64,000 bases of DNA from Alphaproteobacteria bacterium UBA3635 (GTDB lineage: Bacteria > Pseudomonadota > Alphaproteobacteria > Rs-D84). Shown in pieces: positions 57,361 to 64,000 of this stretch. The stretch covers positions 3,149-67,148 of the forward strand of contig DFKW01000006.1 in NCBI GenBank assembly GCA_002373935.1. Reading direction: 5' to 3'. A program made the position numbers and the translations under genes. The notes under the pieces are model-generated. The model had not been told where the DNA came from, searched no databases, and worked only from the letters and a program-made list of their open reading frames with translations. The stretch's first letter is position 1. The number at the start of each line of letters is the position of its first letter.

Positions 57361-57389
57361 TTGATTTTTTATTAAATTTGTGATATAAT
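57361..57389 (+). promoter_or_regulatory. Consensus extended -10 sigma-70 promoter
   Basis: TTGATT, 17-nt spacer ending in TGa, TATAAT. Confidence 0.6.
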
Positions 57390-57399
57390 GATTTCATCA

Positions 57400-57427
57400 A
57401 CCGGGCGGAATCCGCCCGGTTTTTTTT
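57400..57427 (+). terminator. Intrinsic terminator T1
   Basis: ACCGGGCGG aat CCGCCCGGT plus 7 T, beginning only ~5 nt after the predicted transcription start. Confidence 0.8.
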
Positions 57428-57469
57428 ATTTTGCCCCACAATGCCAGGGCATTGTGGGGGGATGCCCCC

Positions 57470-57495
57470 CGCCCCTGTGGTGTGGGGCGTTTTTT
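57470..57495 (+). terminator. Intrinsic terminator/attenuator T3
   Basis: CGCCCC/GGGGCG stem plus T-run. It is preceded by an 11-bp hairpin (57434-57459) whose G-run can alternatively pair with C-run 57465-57470. Confidence 0.65.
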
Positions 57496-57515
57496 ATGAA
57501 AAAAAAGGAGTTTTT

Positions 57516-58394
57516 ATGAAAAAAGTATCATACATTGGAAACGGCAAAATCCGAGAGTTTTATTTCAATTTCCCATATTATGAAAATTCTAATATTGTTG
57601 TCACCATGAATGGCGCGGCGGCAACAGGGATAGAAGTTATTGGAAATCAGGGCGGATTGGATGCCGATTTTCCATTTATTGGTGGTCGCGTGGTATTTGA
57701 TACCGCGCCGCGCGATACAGACACAATTACCATTGCGCGCGTGCTGCCTTTGTCCCGGGTGGTGGACTATCAACAAATGGTGCGGATTGACCCGCATACA
57801 TTAAATATGGACATAAATTATATCAAAGAAATCATTGATGATTTATCAGACGAGATTCACGAAATGGCGGAACATTCCAAACCAGACGAGATTCGCGAAA
57901 TGTTGGAAAAAATTGATGCGTTAAACGCCCGCATTGATACATTGGGAAACATCAGCGACATCCGTGATAATATTGCGACGAACACCGACGATATCGCAAC
58001 AAATACGGGCGATATTGCAACAAACCGGGATGACATTGCCGCATTAGACACACGCACAGACGGCATAATTGATTATGTTGTGGCGTCCCAATCCCCCACG
58101 GCAGAAAACAATTACACATGGTATCGTAAATACAAATCCGGCTGGGTTGAACAAGGGGGAATATATGTGGGGACCTCACAATCGACAAACATTGCATTAC
58201 CGTTTCAAATGACGAACAGTAATTATACCATACTATCTTTGGGTGATAATAACAGTGGTATCGCAGGTTCTTATACCATGGTTGATGGGAACTCCCAAAC
58301 ACAAAATGGATTTAAATTGATAGTCAATTTTGCAGGCACACAACCCACAACCAAGAAAGCCAGATGGTATGTTTGTGGTTTTGCACAATCGTAA
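57516..58394 (+). CDS. Phage tail-fibre-like protein (orphan)
   Basis: Start at MKKVSYIGNG with RBS AGGAG. Heptad-like IATNTxD repeats and a gp53-like C-terminal domain ending RWYVCGFA. Confidence 0.7.
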   Translation: MKKVSYIGNGKIREFYFNFPYYENSNIVVTMNGAAATGIEVIGNQGGLDADFPFIGGRVVFDTAPRDTDTITIARVLPLSRVVDYQQMVRIDPHTLNMDINYIKEIIDDLSDEIHEMAEHSKPDEIREMLEKIDALNARIDTLGNISDIRDNIATNTDDIATNTGDIATNRDDIAALDTRTDGIIDYVVASQSPTAENNYTWYRKYKSGWVEQGGIYVGTSQSTNIALPFQMTNSNYTILSLGDNNSGIAGSYTMVDGNSQTQNGFKLIVNFAGTQPTTKKARWYVCGFAQS

Positions 58395-58484
58395 AGTGTA
58401 TTTTTACAAAAACATAAACAACATGAAATGTTTTATACTATGTGATTTTATATAAACAGACCGACAAAGGTCGGTCTGTTAAAT

Positions 58485-59519
58485 TTATTTTTTACAAAAT
58501 AATTTACGAACGGTGTAAATAATTCCAAAAATAAAATAATATATGATTGAAAAAATTTCACTGAACCAATAAAAAAATCGTTTGATTGGCATTTTGAAAG
58601 CACGCCAATGAACAGCCAAATGTTTTAACGGAGCATCTTGTGGTGATTTTGGAATTTCGAAATCTTTATCACAATATCGTTGATAATTGTGCATAAAAAC
58701 ATCGTGCGTTATTATCCCTCTAGTTTTATATTCGTCTGCCAATGCCCTGTTATGCTTGTCAGATGAGATATCAGCTTCATTGAAACCGACAAATACAAAA
58801 TTGTTAGTCAACACATGTTTTGATAAATCTATAATTTCATCACTTAAATCTGTCCAATCATACATTTTAACATTTTTAATGTGTCGCCGAACCCATGAAA
58901 GACAAAAATATTGTTCTGGCGTGTATCTAAAGGTGCAATCTGTATAAGACACTAAATTTGGATATTTATATTTAAAATTTGCCAAATCGGACGCAGGCAT
59001 TAAATCTGTATCCACAAAATAATCAATTAAATCCGTGGTTAAACCAAAAAACCAAAAATCTGATGGATGAAATGGTATTGGTAAACCATTATAACTGGAA
59101 CACTCTCGCGAACATACAGTTGGTATAATCACGCGATGTGTAAAAAAAGAATATTTTTTATCGCGTTTTGGAAACGTATCAAAATATTTTAAAAAACCTT
59201 GACCTGTTAAAAAGAAATCTGTGCGTAATTTTAATGCATATTTTCGTGTCGCTTTTTTTAAGCCGCCCTGGGTTGATACCAGTTGACGATTAACATTGTT
59301 ATTTATGTTCCAAACAAAACTTTGTTTTTTTCCACCAGGATCTTTATTTAACACCAATTTATCATAATCTAAACCGGTAACATCGGTACCATCCCAGGTT
59401 GATAAAATTATTTCCGCCCCCGGCAAATGTTTGCGGATGGATTTTAAACATTTTGGAGTTAAATTTTTATCAACCGCCCCCTGGACAACGACAGAAATAT
59501 CTTGTGGATTTATTTTCAT
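58485..59519 (-). CDS. WavE-like lipopolysaccharide/glycan biosynthesis protein
   Basis: Start trimmed to MKINPQDISVVVQG (ATGA overlap with the upstream gene). ILSTWDG motif. Confidence 0.5.
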   Translation of the reverse strand: MKINPQDISVVVQGAVDKNLTPKCLKSIRKHLPGAEIILSTWDGTDVTGLDYDKLVLNKDPGGKKQSFVWNINNNVNRQLVSTQGGLKKATRKYALKLRTDFFLTGQGFLKYFDTFPKRDKKYSFFTHRVIIPTVCSRECSSYNGLPIPFHPSDFWFFGLTTDLIDYFVDTDLMPASDLANFKYKYPNLVSYTDCTFRYTPEQYFCLSWVRRHIKNVKMYDWTDLSDEIIDLSKHVLTNNFVFVGFNEADISSDKHNRALADEYKTRGIITHDVFMHNYQRYCDKDFEIPKSPQDAPLKHLAVHWRAFKMPIKRFFYWFSEIFSIIYYFIFGIIYTVRKLFCKK

Positions 59520-60340
59520 TTTTTTCCCCTTAGCCAATAAAAGTGCAGTATTTTGTATATTTTTGAATGGTGTTTTTTCTGGATTGTGACAGGATATTGT
59601 TTTACATTTTCCCAATCAGAACTATATGCAAAACAAATTTCTACAGGAATTATACCAGCATTAATTTCATTAGAAGTATAAACGGATACAATATTCAAAA
59701 AATGTTTTTCCGCATATGCCTTGCTGATATTGCAATTTACTTGAATATATTTATCAATTACATTAGGTTTGCCGAAAAACAAAATATCAGAAACGCGTGA
59801 AATAATAAGACGAACATTTGTATTTGCATCACCATATAATCCGGCAAAAAATCTGCATTTGTTCAAATCAAGATTCATTAATTTGGCCTCAGACAGTGTT
59901 TTTTGTATCTCTAACGGATTGAACAAAGCGACATCCGGACGTGTCACAATAACAATATCATATTTTGTTCCTGTTTCTGTTTCATATTTTTTTCTTAAAT
60001 TATTAACTTCATTCATACTGTGAAACATATATCGCATTCCATTCAAACTGCCGGATTTATTATCAACCTTAGATTTTATAATTATTTCTGATTTTAATTT
60101 TTGGTGTTCTATTTTAATAGCTTTTGGATGATAAAAATCGTTAATCAATTGCTTATGATAATCGGTCAACACACCCTCTATATCATGTTTGTTGTCCCAA
60201 CTTTTTGTATGCGAATCCAGTTCATCCCACGTATGCATAAAAACATCGCAATCATATTTATCCAACAGGTTCGCCTTTAAATACGGTGCACAATATTCAA
60301 ATGTTCGTAAATGTCCAAATAATAACACGGCTATTTTCAT
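59516..60340 (-). CDS. Glycan-cluster protein of unknown family
   Basis: Start trimmed to MKIAVLLFGHLRTF with a GAGG RBS. AT-rich. Confidence 0.5.
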   Translation of the reverse strand: MKIAVLLFGHLRTFEYCAPYLKANLLDKYDCDVFMHTWDELDSHTKSWDNKHDIEGVLTDYHKQLINDFYHPKAIKIEHQKLKSEIIIKSKVDNKSGSLNGMRYMFHSMNEVNNLRKKYETETGTKYDIVIVTRPDVALFNPLEIQKTLSEAKLMNLDLNKCRFFAGLYGDANTNVRLIISRVSDILFFGKPNVIDKYIQVNCNISKAYAEKHFLNIVSVYTSNEINAGIIPVEICFAYSSDWENVKQYPVTIQKKHHSKIYKILHFYWLRGKK

Positions 60341-60341
60341 A

Positions 60342-61712
60342 TTAAACCTCGGCATTATTCATGATAAAATCTTTGATTTTTGTTGAAGAAATGGTTTTTG
60401 TATATGGAAAATAAATCACATCTACACCAATTTTTTTTAATTCTTGTTCGTATTTTTTCCACCGTGGGTTGCCACACCAATCATCACCGGAAAATAATTT
60501 ATCATAATGATATCTTTCCCAGGCGGCAACTTTGTCTAAATCATCTTGGACAACAACCTGGTCAACATATTTAATTTGTCGTAATATTTCCATACGTTCA
60601 TCCAGTGTTGCCAAAGGCGATTTATTTTTTGTCGCCTGTATCAACTCGTCTGTCGTCACACCAACAATCAAATAGTCGCAGTTTTCTTTGGCGCGTTTTA
60701 ATAAATTCAAATGACCAATATGAAAAACATCAAATGCCCCGGCAGTATAACCGATAATCATTTTTTTATTATTATTTTGTAATGAGTGTGAATAAGACCA
60801 TTCGCTAAACATATGATGAGCATCCCCAACATCATGTGGCAATCGCCAAATATTTCCATATTGGCGTTCTAAATATTCATATACATGATTTGGCGCATAA
60901 AAATAATCATCACAAAAATATATTTTTCGTAATGGGAATATAACATCTTTACTATATACACGCATAAATTTTGATGGTATTTGTTCTATGCCAAAAATTA
61001 TACTGTTACCATCTGTTGCATTATAGTTTTTTGTATATTTCCGAATTATTTTAGATATTTTTTGTTTTATTTTTATATCATGTATTTCACAATCTTCATT
61101 TTCAACATCTAATGCTAAAATTTCATTTTTCATATTTTGTTTTTGTTCTTGATATTCATTCCAAATATCAAAAATTTTATTATGATTATTTATATCTATA
61201 TAATCATAAACAAATAAATCAATATTAATTTTGGGATTGTGTTTATTTATAAATTTTTTCATTTGGTATGCCATTCCATCATATTTTCTGATGCCATAAC
61301 AATCAATAATTGCAAAATCTTCGTTTTGCTTAAGAAACTCTTCTAATTTTTTACAATCTACGCGCATCATACCACAATCTGCATCGTCATCCCATGGAAT
61401 AAAACCACCATGTCGTATTGCACCAAGCAAACTGCCACCCTGTAACCAAAACTGGATATTGTTTTTAATGCATATACTTTTTAAATCTTTTAATAAATTT
61501 AGTGTGGGTATTTGTATATCTGTTATATCTTTTCTTGTTGGGGACATCATATACAATAACGCTCGTTCTGATATGTCGGCTCTTTGTATTATGTAATCCA
61601 TTTTGTTTAATAAATTTTTATATTGCAAAAACTCTTCTTCGTATAATTTACGAAAATATTTTTTTGCTTTTCCACACATAATGTGAGATAAAAATCTATA
61701 AAATTGTTTCAT
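60342..61712 (-). CDS. LicD-family phosphotransferase fused to a cytidylyltransferase (TagD-like) domain
   Basis: N-terminal PWDDDADCGMM LicD motif. C-terminal GYTAGAFDVFHIGHLNLL (HxGH) domain. Confidence 0.7.
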   Translation of the reverse strand: MKQFYRFLSHIMCGKAKKYFRKLYEEEFLQYKNLLNKMDYIIQRADISERALLYMMSPTRKDITDIQIPTLNLLKDLKSICIKNNIQFWLQGGSLLGAIRHGGFIPWDDDADCGMMRVDCKKLEEFLKQNEDFAIIDCYGIRKYDGMAYQMKKFINKHNPKINIDLFVYDYIDINNHNKIFDIWNEYQEQKQNMKNEILALDVENEDCEIHDIKIKQKISKIIRKYTKNYNATDGNSIIFGIEQIPSKFMRVYSKDVIFPLRKIYFCDDYFYAPNHVYEYLERQYGNIWRLPHDVGDAHHMFSEWSYSHSLQNNNKKMIIGYTAGAFDVFHIGHLNLLKRAKENCDYLIVGVTTDELIQATKNKSPLATLDERMEILRQIKYVDQVVVQDDLDKVAAWERYHYDKLFSGDDWCGNPRWKKYEQELKKIGVDVIYFPYTKTISSTKIKDFIMNNAEV

Positions 61713-61716
61713 TTCC

Positions 61717-62055
61717 TTATCTTTGGTTTATTTCGCCGATGTATTTATCATTATTTGCGCCGGGAATTTTTACAACAACGTTGGTTGTGCCATTTTCCAG
61801 GCATTCAAAATCTGTCGCCTCGCCCGGTTCCATTACAATTATGTCGCCCGCGCCATATTCAATATTATTCATTTTTACACGACCAGATATGATAACCGTG
61901 TATTCTGTCGCGATTTTATGATAATGTTTTTCTTCGTAATCACCACGCGCGTATGTTTTAACGGCAACCTCGACATCATTTGTTTTTAACAATGACGGAT
62001 TAAAGTTTCCGATAAACCATCCCTTGGTCATGTCGTTTAATTTTGCAACTTTCAT
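61717..62055 (-). CDS. Cupin domain protein
   Basis: 112 aa: EEKHYHKIATEYTVIISGRV...GDIIVMEPGE. Confidence 0.6.
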   Translation of the reverse strand: MKVAKLNDMTKGWFIGNFNPSLLKTNDVEVAVKTYARGDYEEKHYHKIATEYTVIISGRVKMNNIEYGAGDIIVMEPGEATDFECLENGTTNVVVKIPGANNDKYIGEINQR

Positions 62056-62072
62056 AAAAATTCCTTTTTATC

Positions 62073-62708
62073 TTAGCGTCCTGCGCGTTCGATTTCAGCG
62101 ATTCTGGATTTTATGTTGTTGTATGTCACATCGTCGACCGTGCCAACACGGAACAAATGACCGCCAGACGCAATCGCCGCCGCAATACCGTTTTTATTAT
62201 CTTCACAAATTAAACATTCATCGGGTTGCAACCCCATGCGCTTCATCGCGGTTTGATATATTTCCGGGTCAGGTTTGGATTTTTTAACATCTTGGTTAGA
62301 CAATATAAATTCAAAATACTGCATCAAATTTGCACGACCAATCATTAATTCAATCGTGCTACGTATAGAATTTGAACCAACCGCCATGCGATACCCATCG
62401 GCCTTTAAGTGCGACAAAGCATATTCATGAATTGGGCGTGGTTTGCATAATTGTTTTGCAATTTCGACCGTGTATTCTTGTTTCTTTTGATTTATGATGT
62501 CATGCAACGATGCCGGCAGACCTTTGTCCGCTGTCAACTTATTCAATTTCACCCGTGTCGGCAGACCATCATATGTTGTTAAATGTTCTTGTCGGGTGAT
62601 TGTGTATCCATATTCCGCCAACGCACGATTTAACGCATCGTAATGCCATTCTTTGGCATCAATCAAAACGCCGTCCATATCAAATAAAATTGCCTTAATT
62701 TTTGTCAT
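62073..62708 (-). CDS. HAD-superfamily hydrolase (phosphatase/phosphomutase-like)
   Basis: ILFDMDGVLID motif I, 211 aa. Confidence 0.8.
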   Translation of the reverse strand: MTKIKAILFDMDGVLIDAKEWHYDALNRALAEYGYTITRQEHLTTYDGLPTRVKLNKLTADKGLPASLHDIINQKKQEYTVEIAKQLCKPRPIHEYALSHLKADGYRMAVGSNSIRSTIELMIGRANLMQYFEFILSNQDVKKSKPDPEIYQTAMKRMGLQPDECLICEDNKNGIAAAIASGGHLFRVGTVDDVTYNNIKSRIAEIERAGR

Positions 62709-63324
62709 AAAAATACCCTTTTGCTGTCAATGGTTTATCCGTGCAGAGCATTAAATTGTTTGATTCAAATGCCCCAAGTTTTTTTACATTCTCCCACTGA
62801 AATGATGTATCGCGTTTGTGCAAATCAGATGACACAATACACACACTTTTATTTTTGTTGATTAAATTCTGAATATCAGAACCAGCCCACCAATCGGAAT
62901 AAAAACTGTCCAACCAAACGCCCGATGCACGGTCCAGCAAAACAGGTGTCGGTAATATATCACTGAACCCGGTGAATACATTTAGCCCCGCATCCATTTG
63001 AACAACCATATCGGGTATCGACATATCAAATGTGAAATAATTTGTATGATTATATTTTGCCAATAATTCTTGTATCCGGGCCGCCTGGCCATCGGCCTTG
63101 ATATTCAATGCCAACGGCAGATTCCGCCCATCCATTATTTGCAAAACTTCCTCGAATGTTATTTCATCGCCATGTGGCATATCGTGAGAAATCACAATTT
63201 TTCCACAAATATCACGCAAATCTGTTTCGGTGCCAAAACCGGCATCAAAACTGTGCACAAATGCGGCGCGCGTATTGCGTTCGTTTGGTGTTTTCCACAA
63301 ACCACGGTGAGATAAAATTATCAT
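62695..63324 (-). CDS. Glycerophosphodiester phosphodiesterase-like protein
   Basis: N-terminal ILSHRG and GTETDLR motifs. Confidence 0.6.
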   Translation of the reverse strand: MIILSHRGLWKTPNERNTRAAFVHSFDAGFGTETDLRDICGKIVISHDMPHGDEITFEEVLQIMDGRNLPLALNIKADGQAARIQELLAKYNHTNYFTFDMSIPDMVVQMDAGLNVFTGFSDILPTPVLLDRASGVWLDSFYSDWWAGSDIQNLINKNKSVCIVSSDLHKRDTSFQWENVKKLGAFESNNLMLCTDKPLTAKGYFYDKN

Positions 63325-64000
63325 TTTTGCTTACCTTTTAAAAATTGCGATACAGGATGCGCCAAGAAAAATTCTAAATCACTGGGGATGCCCAAACCAT
63401 ACATGCCGTCATATTCACGACCAATCGGATAGATTCCAATCTTGCGACCCGCACGAATTAAATAGTTATATGCCGGACATGTATAAAACTCACCGTTCAC
63501 ACGAACATCTTCGGCAATCATTTTTTCAGCCGCCCAAACCAAATCGGAACCGCGTTTAAAGTTAAATATTCCGACAGTTGCATCCGGAGATATAACTTTC
63601 TTTTCTGCGGTTTCTGTGACCAATCCGTTTTCATCTGTTTTTGCGTATGACCATTTTGGAGAATCAGATTTCATTGTCATAATCATGCCATCCAAATTAC
63701 GCGAATTCATCGCGTCCAAATATTCGTTGATGTCAAAATCAATAAATTGGTCAGAATTCGCATTCATCAACGGTTCATCATTATTAAAAAACTTTTTCGC
63801 CAACAACGCGGTACATACCTGGCCCTGGGTAATGCCGTTGATACCAATAACCTCGACATTTTTGGCATACGATTTTAATTTTGGAATCAAATCGTATTGT
63901 TCAATGTGTGCCTGTTGACAAACATAAATAAACCGATGTTCGCATTTTGGCGTCAAATTATCGGTCACAACCTTTATCATTGGGACGCCGTGAACCGGAA
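63321..64000 (-). CDS. Sugar-phosphate nucleotidyltransferase-like protein (5' end outside the window)
   Basis: The frame stays open to the window edge (…PVHGVPMIKVV). Confidence 0.6.
   Translation of the reverse strand, partial: PVHGVPMIKVVTDNLTPKCEHRFIYVCQQAHIEQYDLIPKLKSYAKNVEVIGINGITQGQVCTALLAKKFFNNDEPLMNANSDQFIDFDINEYLDAMNSRNLDGMIMTMKSDSPKWSYAKTDENGLVTETAEKKVISPDATVGIFNFKRGSDLVWAAEKMIAEDVRVNGEFYTCPAYNYLIRAGRKIGIYPIGREYDGMYGLGIPSDLEFFLAHPVSQFLKGKQK

Overview
This 64-kb chromosomal window comes from a moderately AT-rich Gram-negative genome. It looks alphaproteobacterium-like (DUF2155 protein, AddA-type helicase-nuclease, BamD, RlpA/SPOR, extended S16 and L25), but the taxon is inferred, not proven. 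About 70 CDS are mostly housekeeping: dnaE (5' end outside the window), rsmH, gpmI, tadA, rsmD, rplY, dnaK, pfk, rfbA, rpsP-rimM-trmD-rplS, tsaD, xseA, recN, addA, alaS, hup, tgt, queA, era, bamD, murJ, rlpA, ligA, ssb, cysS and htpX. There is one tRNA-Gly(CCC). No rRNA, CRISPR array, transposase or integrase was seen. The most unusual content is non-coding: a family of repeated, highly structured intergenic elements inserted next to intrinsic terminators in three convergent intergenic regions (28.2-28.7 kb, 38.8-39.4 kb, 49.5-51.9 kb). The family has four parts. (1) A promoter-to-terminator RNA of about 150 nt is present twice, with compensatory base changes between the copies. (2) A 72-nt two-hairpin module is present four times. 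(3) Tandem CAGAGTN heptamer arrays recur at the element ends. (4) A 72-aa XRE HTH gene is intact in one copy and internally deleted in the other. The same end motif flanks, in inverted orientation, a 2.3-kb cassette carrying a lectin/tail-fibre-like surface protein gene with a roughly 400-nt leader. Other notable items follow. A four-gene cluster encodes Cys-rich secreted proteins of unknown family (3.5-8.1 kb). An orphan phage-tail-fibre-like gene sits behind a consensus promoter and two terminators. AddA is split and no addB is present. AlaS lacks the C-terminal domain. ligA appears leaderless. A 20-bp duplicate of the tRNA-Gly 3' end lies nearby. Small Cys-rich ORFs are inserted in the rpsP operon. 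An AT-rich peptidase insert sits between queA and tgt. An AT-rich LicD/cytidylyltransferase glycan-decoration cluster occupies the right edge.
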